Shown in pieces: positions 37,149 through 49,204 of a DNA stretch of 64,000 nucleotides. Source of the stretch: Acidobacteriota bacterium (lineage in GTDB: Bacteria > Actinomycetota > Acidimicrobiia > ATN3); NCBI GenBank assembly GCA_003577105.1, contig QEUQ01000006.1, positions 14,286 to 78,285 on the forward strand, written 5' to 3'. Under the pieces are notes generated by a model. The model saw nothing but the letters and a program-made list of their open reading frames with translations, did not search any database and was not told where the DNA came from. The translations under genes were made by a program, and so were the position numbers. The number at the start of each line of letters is the position of its first letter. Position 1 is the first letter of the stretch.

Positions 37149-37152
<4 letters not shown>
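36730..37152 (-). CDS. mrpB: Mrp antiporter subunit B
   Basis: HNAPGGGFVSGL, FDTG. Confidence 0.92.
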
Positions 37153-39439
<2,287 letters not shown>

Positions 39440-39443
<4 letters not shown>

Positions 39444-41296
39444 GACGACGTCTGCTCTCGCTCGATGAATGCTTCATGCCACATCTGCCAAGCGAGCAAG
39501 AGCCAGATGCGTCTTCCCAGGGAGTCATCTCCGTCTCGATGAGCTTTGACTACCTCGCCGATCCCTGAGGGATTCCAGTAGCCCTGCGTGCGTATTCGCT
39601 CGGCAGCTAGTAGTTCGGCCACAAGTTCGGCCAGGTCCTCGCGTAACCAGCGATTGAGGGGAACAGTGAAACCATGCTTCTTTCGCCGGTGAACCTCAGG
39701 CGGCAACAGATCGGCTGCGATTGACCGGAGGATTCGTTTTCCCGCGCCAAGACGTACCTTCTCGTGCTGAGGGAAGCGGGCAAGCAACTCGACCAATTTG
39801 TGGTCGAGGAATGGCACCCTGGCTTCGAGGCCGTGGGCCATCGTCATGCGGTCCACCTTGTGCAATAGGCCGTCTGCGAGGTAGCCCGCCGTGTCAATAG
39901 CCAGCATCTCCCCAAGCGCGTCCGGATGCCCGTGCTCGGGCGCAAGAAGTGGTTCAGCCGGAGAAAGGTCGAGGTCTCGAGCCAAGACGGCAGACCGCTC
40001 GGCCGGCAGAAAGATCTCGTCAAAGTGGAGACTGGCTTCTGCCGCGCCCGCGTTGATTATTGAGGCGATCTTCGCGGCGCGATGCTCCCCCGCCATTGCC
40101 GCAATAGCCTTGATGCCCGTGCCGCGCAATGAGCCGGGTGATCCCGCTATTCGCTTTGCGGCAAGGATCATCTGATACTTGCGATACCCCCCGAATACCT
40201 CGTCCCCGCCTTCACCAGTGAGTACAACCTTCACATGCTCTCGGGCAGCCTTGCCGATCAACCATGTCGGAAAGGCGGCTTCATCACCGACAGGTTCGTC
40301 ATAAGCACGGGCTACGGACCCCGCTATCTCGACCGGTGCTGCATCCACAACGATCTCGGTGTGCTCAGCGCCCAAAGAGCGCGCTACTTCGAGAGCGTTC
40401 TCCCGCTCATCAAGCTCGCCGGCTGCCGGCGAGAATCCCACAGTGAATGTCCTGATCGGCTGCTCAGAGCTTCTTGCCATCAGCGCGGCAACCACTGAGG
40501 AGTCAATCCCGCCGGAGAGGAAGACCCCAAGCGGCACGTCACTCATCAGATGCTCCCTGACAGCCTCGTCGAGAGCCGCAAGCGTCTCATCTTCCGGACT
40601 TGACGAAGGGGCCGCATCGAAATCGAGGGTCCACCAGCGCTTGACTTCGAGTCCCCCCGCACTCCATATGGCCATGTGCCCGGCGGGGAGCTTCTCGATG
40701 CTCTCAAATGGACTCAGCGGCGCCGGGAGGTAGCCCCAAGCGAGAAAGGTCGAGATTGAGTCCGCCTCCGCCGAAACCCGCTGCACTGCCGTGAGCGCCT
40801 TGGCTTCTGATGCGAATTCAATGCCGCAATCTTGTCTCCGCAGAAGGTAGAGCGGTTTGATTCCCAGGCGGTCCCTCGCAAGAACGAGGCGCTCGCCGTC
40901 AAAAATCGCCACAGCAAACATGCCCCTCAGCCGAGAGATCGCGTCGGTACCGAGGTCTTCATAGAGGTGCGCTATTACCTCTACATCGGACCTGCTTCTG
41001 AAGGAGTGACCGCGCGCCTCCAGAGCTCGCCGCAGTTCCCCGCAGTTGTAGATCTCGCCATTGCAGACAACTGTGATTCGCCCATCTTCACTTGCTATCG
41101 GCTGATGGCCGCCTTCGATGTCAATGATCGAAAGCCGCCGCATGCCAAGGGCAATCTCTGCGCCGGCGGGTCCTCGCATGAGAGCTACACCTTGATCGTC
41201 AGGGCCTCTGTGCTCCATCGAGGCGAGCATCGCCGCCATGCGCTCGCTCGCACCGTCAATCGGAGATGGCGTGGCCCAGCCGGCGATGCCACACAT
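39440..41296 (-). CDS. asnB: Asparagine synthase (glutamine-hydrolysing) family amidotransferase
   Basis: N-terminal MCGIAG, HRGPD, NGEIYN, SGGIDS, GEGGDE, DRMTMAHGLEARVPFLD. Confidence 0.93.
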
Positions 41297-41961
41297 CAGA
41301 GGTCACCCCCTTGGCTGGCAGTGCCTGGCCGAATTGCCTTGCGCGAAAAGGAGATGAGCGACTCCCTACCCGCGCTATCCCATTCCTCGATCACGAGGCC
41401 GTTCTGCTCAAGTTGCCTTCGCAAGAGCCAATCCATGCTCCAGACGGCACTCGCCAAATGCCTTCCTGAGAGCGCGTTGAGAGCAGGCGTTAGGTAGTGA
41501 AGGGGCTTCTTCCATCCAAATGGAACCCTTCGAGTTACGCGCGTGATCCGATTTGTGACCAGTGCAGCCACGCCGCCCGGAGCCAAGACCCTCGCGATCT
41601 CTCTGACTGTCCGCGCCTGACTCGGCGAATGATGCAGGGAGACTCTGCAGAAGACGAGATCGAATGTCTCCGCCCGGTAGGGCAAGCTCGCGAGGTCGCC
41701 GATCACAAAGCGCGCCTCTTCGGTTCCCACCAGATACTCCTGTGCAATCGCAAGGAATTGTGGACTTCGGTCCTGCCACACAACTTGTGCTACACCGGCC
41801 TGTGCGAAGAGCCGTGTCCAAGTTCCAGGGCCAGCCGCCAGGTCGAGAACGGTCGCCCCCGCAAGCGATACGGGCAAGCGATCGAGCAGCCCGCGATAGC
41901 GCCCCGAGGCCGCCTGAGCAATCTCATATTCGGCATATTCGGCGATGTCTTGCGGTTTCAC
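41296..41961 (-). CDS. Class I SAM-dependent methyltransferase
   Basis: VLDLAAGPG, GDLASLPY...FDLV, RVLAPGG; overlaps both neighbours. Confidence 0.9.
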   Translation of the reverse strand: MKPQDIAEYAEYEIAQAASGRYRGLLDRLPVSLAGATVLDLAAGPGTWTRLFAQAGVAQVVWQDRSPQFLAIAQEYLVGTEEARFVIGDLASLPYRAETFDLVFCRVSLHHSPSQARTVREIARVLAPGGVAALVTNRITRVTRRVPFGWKKPLHYLTPALNALSGRHLASAVWSMDWLLRRQLEQNGLVIEEWDSAGRESLISFSRKAIRPGTASQGGDL

Positions 41962-44591
41962 TCCCCTCCAGCCTCTCCATCGCCGGCCAGACGGGGTTCG
42001 TCAGGCCCCGACCACAAGGCGGCCCGCGAGAAGTCCTCGGGCGTGTCATCTGCTTCAGCAATCGAAGCTGCAAGCCTGAGAGCCTCGATGAGCAGGGTGC
42101 TCTCGCGCTCGTTGCTGAACTCTTCAGCCGCGTGCCTCTCCCCTGATTTGCCCAGGTTCGCTCGCATCTCCGCATCAGATGCGAGCGCCGACAGAGCAGT
42201 AGCAAGAGCATCTACATCACCGATCTCACAAAGAATCCCGGTTTGACCGTCAATCACGGCCTCGGGGATACCTCCGGCACGGGTGGCGACAACCGGGATG
42301 CCAAGTGCCATTGCCTCGAGAACGGCATTGGGCATGCCTTCATGCTCGGAGGTGAGCAACACCACGTCGCACGAGGAAATAAGCGCGGGTAGGTTCTCGA
42401 CCATGCCGGGCATTAGAACCCGGTCGCCGAGGTCCTTGGCGGCAAGTTCCACCTCGGCAAGATAGGCCTTCTCGACCCCGAGCGCTGCCGCGCCCGCGAG
42501 CACCAATCGGGACCCCGATGCGCTTGGTCCGGTCATCTTTCGAAATGCCTCGACCGCGGTCTTCTGCGACTTGAGGGGATCGATCCGGCCGGGTAGGACG
42601 ATCAAGAATTGGTCATCACCGATTCCTAGCCGGCTCCTGGCGTCGGCTCTTCCCGCAGCGGCTCGCGCTCGAACCTCCTCGAAATTGACTCCGTTATGCA
42701 CAACGCGAATTCGCCTGGGGTCGATCCCCCTGCGAGCGGCAGATCTCGCGACTGCATGCGAATTCACCACGACGACCTCACCAAGTGTCAGCGGTTCAAG
42801 GAGGCGGGCCGGCCGAGATCGCGGGTGCGAAGTTCGAATGTTAGAGATGAGCGGCGCCCCTGCTCGCCGGGCTGCCAACCCACCCCAGAAATTGCCGGCA
42901 AACAGGTAGGTCAGCCAGACCGAGACTCGATCGCGCTCGTTGCCGTCCCCGACACCGCGACGAGCCGCCCGGAGTGGAAGCGACAGATCAAACCGGCCCC
43001 TCCTCCCGATCACCTCGACTTCGCCGCGGCGATTCGCCTCCACTTCGTGTACTCCACCGCTGAACGCCAAGATTCGCGTCGAAATGTCCCGTGCCTCAAG
43101 ATCCTCGGCGAGCTGCAGGGCATGACGCTCCGTTCCACCTTCACCAAGCGTCGGCAAAACCAGTAGCGCGCGTGCCGAAGCCTCCGACTTCCTCGGTCTG
43201 ATTGGCACAAAGGCCAACAGCAACACGACGGGTACGAACGCGCCGCGGAGCCTGTATGCAGTTCCGACATTGCCTTGTGCCAACGCGTAGAAGAAGACCG
43301 TGCCGGTCAGAAATACCAGCGGGATCAGCGCACGGGAAAGATGACGGCGCGCGAGGCGAATCCCGCCCCCGATCCCGAGCACGAGGAACAAGTACCAAAG
43401 AAGCTGATCGGGAATGATCACAAGACGCGCCGCGGTCGCGTGTTCCGCGAGCGACCCGGAGGCTGTCTGAAACGGGTACGGACGGAGCAACGTCAACGCG
43501 AGGCCTTGCGGCAAGCGAGAGAGCATGCTCCTGACCAGCTGAGGATTGGCCGGCTCTGGCACCGAAGTCGCCTCTACGCGAGGCGACTCGCTGCCCGTAG
43601 CCTCATCGGCCTCAAGACTGTGCGCTTTGTCGAGTGCACCAGGGCGCACGGCGTCGAGGACGCCCACCCCCATGACCCCATATCCCGCCGCCCAGAGGGC
43701 GGTCATGACGGCAAGGCAAAGTACAGCTGCGGCAGCCACAGGCTGGAGTCGCGAATCCGAAGCTTGATGCACTTGCGACCTTGGGGATCGGCGGCTCCCT
43801 TGCGCTATGGCGGCAGCACCCAGGGCCCCGACGATGACCGCCCCCCCGAGCGAAAATGCAATGGAGTCGCGCAAAGGACTGAGAAGAAAGATCACGCACC
43901 AGGTGATCGCGCCGCCGGCAACCAGAGCGCGAAGCCCGGCGGCTGCGACGGTCCGGGCAGCAACGCCTAGCCCCGCGACAAGTAGGAGCGTGACAAAGCC
44001 CTCCTTGAGTCCCGAAGAACTCCAGAGCACGATCGACGGCATTACGCACATGACTGCAGCCGCGCGGCGGGCCGCGCGCCTTCCCACAACGAAGCGACCC
44101 AGACTCCATAGCGCAAGTACCCCGAGAGCACCCGCCAACGCGGAGGCAAAGCGAAGGGATCCGAGGCCGCGCCCGCCTACCCAGACAAACGGTGCATATA
44201 GGTAGCCAGCGCTAGCGGTCATGAAATTGAGAGGGTTGTCGCCTACCGGCCGTCCCGCAATCGAGTCCAGGACTGCCCCGGCCGCCACCAAGTAGTCACC
44301 TTCATCGGGAAAGATCGGCCGGCCACCCCCCGCGAAGAGCGAGAGCGCCCCAGCTGCCCAGGCGCGGACCGCGAATCCCAGCGCAAAGAGCCGCGCACCC
44401 GTCAAGTCCCGGTGCATCAAGAAGAGCGTGCCCGCAATCACAAACCCCGTCGGCAGTAACGCGGCTCTCAATCCAACTGGCAGGGCGGCCAATACAGCTG
44501 CCGTTAGCAGCACAACCGTGATCGGATCGCGGAAGATGACCGGAGAATCGGCATGTGGGGAAGGGGCGAGACTACTCGCGTCCTCGGGCAT
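41958..44591 (-). CDS. Polytopic membrane domain (GT-C/polymerase-like) fused to GT4 glycosyltransferase
   Basis: N-terminal multi-TM region with FPDEGDY and LKE; C-terminal GGTER, HNGV, EGMPNAVLEAM; probable start ATG 44591 (ORF track 44615). Confidence 0.85.
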   Translation of the reverse strand: MPEDASSLAPSPHADSPVIFRDPITVVLLTAAVLAALPVGLRAALLPTGFVIAGTLFLMHRDLTGARLFALGFAVRAWAAGALSLFAGGGRPIFPDEGDYLVAAGAVLDSIAGRPVGDNPLNFMTASAGYLYAPFVWVGGRGLGSLRFASALAGALGVLALWSLGRFVVGRRAARRAAAVMCVMPSIVLWSSSGLKEGFVTLLLVAGLGVAARTVAAAGLRALVAGGAITWCVIFLLSPLRDSIAFSLGGAVIVGALGAAAIAQGSRRSPRSQVHQASDSRLQPVAAAAVLCLAVMTALWAAGYGVMGVGVLDAVRPGALDKAHSLEADEATGSESPRVEATSVPEPANPQLVRSMLSRLPQGLALTLLRPYPFQTASGSLAEHATAARLVIIPDQLLWYLFLVLGIGGGIRLARRHLSRALIPLVFLTGTVFFYALAQGNVGTAYRLRGAFVPVVLLLAFVPIRPRKSEASARALLVLPTLGEGGTERHALQLAEDLEARDISTRILAFSGGVHEVEANRRGEVEVIGRRGRFDLSLPLRAARRGVGDGNERDRVSVWLTYLFAGNFWGGLAARRAGAPLISNIRTSHPRSRPARLLEPLTLGEVVVVNSHAVARSAARRGIDPRRIRVVHNGVNFEEVRARAAAGRADARSRLGIGDDQFLIVLPGRIDPLKSQKTAVEAFRKMTGPSASGSRLVLAGAAALGVEKAYLAEVELAAKDLGDRVLMPGMVENLPALISSCDVVLLTSEHEGMPNAVLEAMALGIPVVATRAGGIPEAVIDGQTGILCEIGDVDALATALSALASDAEMRANLGKSGERHAAEEFSNERESTLLIEALRLAASIAEADDTPEDFSRAALWSGPDEPRLAGDGEAGGE

Positions 44592-44620
44592 AGCCCGATT
44601 ATCGCCGCGGCCCATGAATG

Positions 44621-45106
44621 TCAGGCGGGTATTGCGCCAGGAGGGCGCGAGCCCTTTCGATACCGGATGCGCGCGACACCGACAACGGAGGTGGTCGGCA
44701 CCGGGCCGTGGCTTCTGCTGTCCGTGCTTCTGGCGGGATTGTCACCCAAGACAAAGAGGTGGCCTGGCGGAACAGTCAGCGCTGAATTCGCATCCAAGTT
44801 GATGATGTCGCTCTCGACCCCGGCTACTCGCTTGATGACTCGCAAGCCGGGCTGGCTCGGAGGCTCGATGACCACCAAATTCCCCTTCTTGATCAGTCCC
44901 AGAGTCGATGAGAGGCTCTCACAAATCAGATAGTCACCCGGGTACAACGCCGGCGACATGCTCTCTCCGCTTACTTCAAAGCGAGTGATGAAGCGGCGTG
45001 TAAGCGCTATGGCGAGGGCAAGACAAAGCCCGGCGCCGATCCAACCGCCAATACATCTATCTCGATCTCGGCTCCGTAAGGACATAACAAGATGGCAACA
45101 TGCCAT
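44621..45106 (-). CDS. sodX: Nickel superoxide dismutase maturation protease (S26 family)
   Basis: SGESMSPALYPGD, IKR, GDN...STDSRSHG; divergent from sodN; exact start uncertain. Confidence 0.85.
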   Translation of the reverse strand: MACCHLVMSLRSRDRDRCIGGWIGAGLCLALAIALTRRFITRFEVSGESMSPALYPGDYLICESLSSTLGLIKKGNLVVIEPPSQPGLRVIKRVAGVESDIINLDANSALTVPPGHLFVLGDNPARSTDSRSHGPVPTTSVVGVARIRYRKGSRPPGAIPA

Positions 45107-45136
45107 ATCGGCCGTCTTTAGGTGGAGGAAATCAAG

Positions 45137-45589
45137 ATGAACAGGATCGCCGCACTAGTCGAGCGGGTAGTTCGCCCGAAGCAGAAGGCGCACGCTCACT
45201 GCGATCTTCCCTGCGGGGTTTACGACCCGACAGAGGCTCGCATTGCAGCTCAGACAGTGTTCAATGCCACGAAGAAGCTGATTGACCTAGACGCGTCGGG
45301 GCTTGAGAGGGAGAACACCTCGGGGCGCATGGTTGCCGTCAAGGAAGAGCATGCGCAGAAGTGCAAGGAGCACCTTTGGGTCCTTTGGAGCGACTACTTC
45401 AAGCCAGAAGACGCTGAAGCCCACCCCGAACTGCACGGCGTTATTTGGAACGCAACGAAGCTCTGCTCTGCTGCAAAGCGGGGAGTCGACCTCGAAGTCG
45501 CTCAGAAACTGCTCGATGCGGTTGACGAGATCGACAAGATCTTCTGGAGCACGCCGGGAGCTTCCGCGGCCGCAGTAGTCCAGAAGTAG
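45137..45589 (+). CDS. sodN: Nickel superoxide dismutase precursor
   Basis: Propeptide ending AHA then nickel hook HCDLPCGVYDP; LWSDYFK; GGAGG RBS. Confidence 0.96.
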   Translation: MNRIAALVERVVRPKQKAHAHCDLPCGVYDPTEARIAAQTVFNATKKLIDLDASGLERENTSGRMVAVKEEHAQKCKEHLWVLWSDYFKPEDAEAHPELHGVIWNATKLCSAAKRGVDLEVAQKLLDAVDEIDKIFWSTPGASAAAVVQK

Positions 45590-45652
45590 CGGCGAACAGA
45601 GTGGGCCGGAATCACCAGCTTAGTCACCAGCTTGGAGAAGAAGGAGAGACCG

Positions 45653-46120
45653 ATGCCGAAGCTTGATACCGGCGACAAGGCCCCCGTGTTCGACCTCAAG
45701 GATCAAGACGGGAAGGATGTTTCGCTCACAGATTTCAAAGGGGAGAAGGTAATCCTGTACTTCTACCCGAAAGACGACACGCCGGGATGCACAACGCAGG
45801 CCTGCGATTTCCGCGACTCCCTTGAGCGAATCGGCGCCGCTGGCTTCACCGTTCTTGGAGTATCGAAAGACGGGGCGGATTCGCACCAGAAGTTCATCGA
45901 GAAGTACTCGATTCCTTACACGCTCTTGACCGATCCCGAAAATGAGGTAGGAAAGTCCTACGGTGCCTTCGGTGAAAAGACGATGTATGGCAAGAAGACA
46001 GTTGGCGTGATCCGCTCAACCTTTGTCATTGACGAAGACGGGAAGATCGAACGGGCTTACTACAACGTCAAAGCGGCAGGGCATGTGGACAAGCTCAGGG
46101 GTGACCTGGGTTTGGCCTGA
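45653..46120 (+). CDS. bcp: Thioredoxin-dependent thiol peroxidase (BCP/PrxQ)
   Basis: YFYPKDDTPGCTTQAC, RSTFVID. Confidence 0.95.
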   Translation: MPKLDTGDKAPVFDLKDQDGKDVSLTDFKGEKVILYFYPKDDTPGCTTQACDFRDSLERIGAAGFTVLGVSKDGADSHQKFIEKYSIPYTLLTDPENEVGKSYGAFGEKTMYGKKTVGVIRSTFVIDEDGKIERAYYNVKAAGHVDKLRGDLGLA

Positions 46121-46146
46121 GGCTCCGCCGTCCGGCGACGCAAGGA

Positions 46147-46686
46147 TTGCCCGCACGGCCAATTGCCGACCAGACAAGACTCGACTCGATCATGCTCCCT
46201 GAGTACGTCGATGCTCTTGAGTCGCGCTCGATGGGCGAGCTTCGATGCATGAAGCAGGAATGCGACGAAGAGGAGGCTGCGCTCTCCTACGCCCGAAGAT
46301 TGCTCCAGGGCAAGATCGACTTGATCTCGGCTGAGCTGCACGCACGGACCGGCGAGACGGCCGGGGCGGGCGCTTCCGACATCGCTCAGGCACTATCAGG
46401 ATCAGGGCCCGGCGGATTCAGGGGCCGGTTTCCGCGAATAATGGTCCCGCCTGAGACCCGTGAGACGCGCGAAGTCCTCGCGTTGCTCGCAGACCCGGTC
46501 TTGATGAATCTCGAAACCGTGACCAACGACGAGCTTCGCTCGGCCGCAGATCGCCTGGTTGGTGTGGAGAAGCAGATCTCCGAACTCAGATCAGGCATCC
46601 ATGATCAAACGGGACTTGTTGAGAGCGAGATCGCCAGACGCTATGCCAGCGGCGAAGTCACGGTCGATGAGGTCCTGCAAGCCTGA
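46147..46686 (+). CDS. rsiG: RsiG/AmfC-like c-di-GMP-binding anti-sigma factor
   Basis: EAALSYARRLLQGKID matches ExxxSxxRxxxQxxxD; second degenerate copy EKQISELRSGIH; C-terminal EIARRY..GEVTVDEVL; follows bcp. Confidence 0.82.
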   Translation: MPARPIADQTRLDSIMLPEYVDALESRSMGELRCMKQECDEEEAALSYARRLLQGKIDLISAELHARTGETAGAGASDIAQALSGSGPGGFRGRFPRIMVPPETRETREVLALLADPVLMNLETVTNDELRSAADRLVGVEKQISELRSGIHDQTGLVESEIARRYASGEVTVDEVLQA

Positions 46687-46735
46687 CCTTAGGCGCTTGC
46701 TTCACTTCTCCGCAGCTTCAGCATGAACTCTGGCA

Positions 46736-46779
46736 TGGCCGCAACGTAGACCGCAGCATTGGCCGCAACGTAGACCGCA
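46736..46779. repeat. Intergenic tandem duplication, 24-bp period (TGGCCGCAACGTAGACCGCA x2)
   Basis: Identical 20-mers at 46736 and 46760. Confidence 0.9.
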
Positions 46780-46868
46780 ACAATCACCTGATCGCCACTT
46801 TGCGTAGTCCTGCAAGCACCTATCGAATGTGATATCCAGCACAATCAACTAAATTCTGCAAATTTTGC

Positions 46869-46897
46869 TTGCAACTGTTTAACACTACTGCTACTCT
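46869..46897 (+). promoter_or_regulatory. Promoter for a leaderless XRE regulator mRNA
   Basis: TTGCAA-N17-TACTCT with extended TG, 7 nt before ATG 46905; GCAAA-T-TTTGC palindrome abuts the -35. Confidence 0.6.
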
Positions 46898-46904
46898 CGG
46901 TGGC

Positions 46905-47381
46905 ATGGCAGAGCGAAGCGAATTCCGATTCAAGGACGTCGGCTCATTCATTCGCGAACAGCGAAACGCGGCGGAGATGAGCCTTCGAAAGCTGGCGGAC
47001 CAGGCCGGCGTGTCCAACCCTTACCTCTCGCAGATCGAGAGAGGCCTGCGCAAGCCGAGTGCAGAGATCCTGCAGGCGATTGCCAAGGCACTTCGGATTT
47101 CGGCGGAGACGCTCTACCTCAAGGCGGGCATCCTCGAAGAACGCGACGACGAAGGTGAAGTCGTCGAAGCAATCTTGCGAGACGCGACTATCACCGACCG
47201 GCAGAAGCAGAACCTCATAGACATCTATGAGAGCTTCCGCAAGGGCTCGGAGAAGTCCGAAGCGCTCACCGACGAGACCAAGAGTTCAACCGAATCAGCG
47301 GTGGACGAAAGTTCGAATCACTCCGGCGGATTCGAACCTGAGCACAGAGATGAAGTGAGTCCGGCCGTATCCGGACTCTGA
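46905..47381 (+). CDS. XRE-family HTH regulator (Rv0474/MLDSR-like)
   Basis: SLRKLADQAGVSNPYLSQIERGLRKPSAEILQAIAKALRISAETLY; upstream of the HbhA-like gene. Confidence 0.92.
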   Translation: MAERSEFRFKDVGSFIREQRNAAEMSLRKLADQAGVSNPYLSQIERGLRKPSAEILQAIAKALRISAETLYLKAGILEERDDEGEVVEAILRDATITDRQKQNLIDIYESFRKGSEKSEALTDETKSSTESAVDESSNHSGGFEPEHRDEVSPAVSGL

Positions 47382-47441
47382 GATATTGACCACGCCGGGC
47401 GACAAGCATGCGCCTGGCTGAGAACCCAAGGAGGTTCAAAA

Positions 47442-47939
47442 ATGGACACCAAGGAACGCATCGAGCAGATCTTCTACGCCGCCATTGGAGCGGGTGATCT
47501 GTGGGCCGAGAGGGCAACCGAGCTTACCGACGAGACCGCACGCTCCAAGCGGGTGGAGAATCTCGCCAAGCGCGGGCAGAAGCGCATTAACAAGATCGAG
47601 AAGCGCATCGATAAGCAGCGCAAGGATCTCGACAAGCGTCGCGAGCAGTTTGAGACGCGCCTGAGCGAGACCCTCAACGACCAATTCACCCTGCCACAGC
47701 TCGAGGAAGTACTGAACCAGGTCCAAGAGGCCATCAAGCCGATCGCAGACCGGCTCGGTGTGGAGGCTCCCGATCTAGCAGCGCGCGCACGTGCTCGCTC
47801 GGAGAAGAAGTCAACGACCAAGGCGAAGAAGTCACCCGCAAAGAAGTCACCGGCGAAGAAGTCACCCGCAAAGAAGTCACCGGCGAAGGCAGCTCCCGAA
47901 AAGGTCGCCGTGTCGAGCGAGGAGTCGGTGGACGCCTAG
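47442..47939 (+). CDS. HbhA/MLDS-like coiled-coil protein with basic C-terminal repeats
   Basis: N-terminal FYAAIGAGDL, coiled coil, (AKKSP)4 tail; follows the Rv0474-like regulator. Confidence 0.72.
   Translation: MDTKERIEQIFYAAIGAGDLWAERATELTDETARSKRVENLAKRGQKRINKIEKRIDKQRKDLDKRREQFETRLSETLNDQFTLPQLEEVLNQVQEAIKPIADRLGVEAPDLAARARARSEKKSTTKAKKSPAKKSPAKKSPAKKSPAKAAPEKVAVSSEESVDA
47823..47888 (+). repeat. Coding 15-bp tandem repeat (AKKSP)x4 with perfect 30-bp higher-order period
   Basis: GCGAAGAAGTCACCC GCAAAGAAGTCACCG x2, then GCGAAG. Confidence 0.92.
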
Positions 47940-47998
47940 CACTCCAACCCACGCAGAAGTGCGTTCGTAGCTTTCCCCGGCACGAATGCACCCTCGAG

Positions 47999-48035
47999 AG
48001 AGGCGGGGCCGCGGCGGCCCCGCCTCTTCTTATTT
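47999..48035 (+). terminator. Intrinsic terminator after the HbhA-like gene
   Basis: 13-bp perfect stem AGAGGCGGGGCCG / CGGCCCCGCCTCT followed by TCTTATTT. Confidence 0.85.
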
Positions 48036-48115
48036 GTCAGGATCCCGATGATCTAGTGGCGAATTGCAGCTTCGACAGCTTCGTGCCGGCGAATCGCGCC
48101 AACTAGGCTGCTGTC

Positions 48116-49150
48116 ATGAGAATTCACGAAGATGAGAGCGCAATCACCGAACTCAGCTCCTGGTGGACGGAGCACTCCCGCGACGACTTCGGCCCGTTTG
48201 GCCTGCCTGAGTGGATCGAGGCATACCGCCGGAGCTTCGGCGGAGATTCAGAGCTTTGCATCCTCGAGATAGACCGTTCCGATGTGTCTCGGACTGCTGG
48301 GACTATAGACTCCGACCCGAAGGGCGACAACATCGAGGAGCCAGTAGCGCTCATCCCAATGGAGATGTATCCAGGGGGGCTGCTTCGCTTCGCCGGAGGC
48401 ACTGAGGTCACCGATTACGCGGGTCCGGTATGCGCCGACGAAGACGTGCCTGCTGCGGCAACTGGGTTGGCGCGCTGGCTCTCGGACAATCGAAGCAGCT
48501 GGTCAACGTGCTCTTTTGAAGCCGTCCCGGAAGACATCGGATTCGGCAAGGCACTGGTGGACGAACTTGACCGCCTTGGGATCACTGCCTCTCGCGAAGC
48601 GCGAGAAATCTGCGCTGTTCTCGATGTTCCCTCTGATTTCGAGTCGTACTTAGCGGGGCTATCCAAGAAGGAACGGCACGAGCTGCGAAGAAAGCGTAAC
48701 CGGTTCGCTAGAGAGGCCGGTGAGCCCGAGCTGGTCGCTGCGCGCCCAGAGGAACTCGACGGCGATCTCGAACTCTTCTTCGACTGGCATCGTCAGGCTC
48801 AGGGCGCGAAGGGAGGGTTCATGGACGGGCAGATGGAAGTCTTTTTCACCGACGTGGCGAAGACGTTCACGGAGAGCGGTCTAATGCGCCTCGAATTTGT
48901 CGAAGCTGACGGCAAGCGATTCGCGGCCAGCTTCGGTTTCTCAAGCCGCGGACGGCGCTTCCTGTACAACTCCGCATTTCTCCAAGAAGCGAGGGCACTT
49001 TCCCCGGGAATGGTCATGATCTGGCTGATGTTGGAGGAAGGGCTCCGGGAGGGAGTGGCGCAGTTGGATTTTCTTCAAGGAGACGAGCGATACAAGTTCC
49101 AGCTTGGGGCCCGTGTCCGCGGGCTTGAAAGCATTGAAATTCGGCAATGA
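48116..49150 (+). CDS. GNAT acetyltransferase, CelD/BcsL type
   Basis: PEW, TDY, FESYL..LSKKERHELRRK, YNSAF...SPG, DFLQGDERYK. Confidence 0.85.
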   Translation: MRIHEDESAITELSSWWTEHSRDDFGPFGLPEWIEAYRRSFGGDSELCILEIDRSDVSRTAGTIDSDPKGDNIEEPVALIPMEMYPGGLLRFAGGTEVTDYAGPVCADEDVPAAATGLARWLSDNRSSWSTCSFEAVPEDIGFGKALVDELDRLGITASREAREICAVLDVPSDFESYLAGLSKKERHELRRKRNRFAREAGEPELVAARPEELDGDLELFFDWHRQAQGAKGGFMDGQMEVFFTDVAKTFTESGLMRLEFVEADGKRFAASFGFSSRGRRFLYNSAFLQEARALSPGMVMIWLMLEEGLREGVAQLDFLQGDERYKFQLGARVRGLESIEIRQ

Positions 49151-49204
49151 CCGCAAGCAGGGTACGATCTTTGCCCGTCTCAGTCTGAACGGATGTGAGT
49201 TGTC

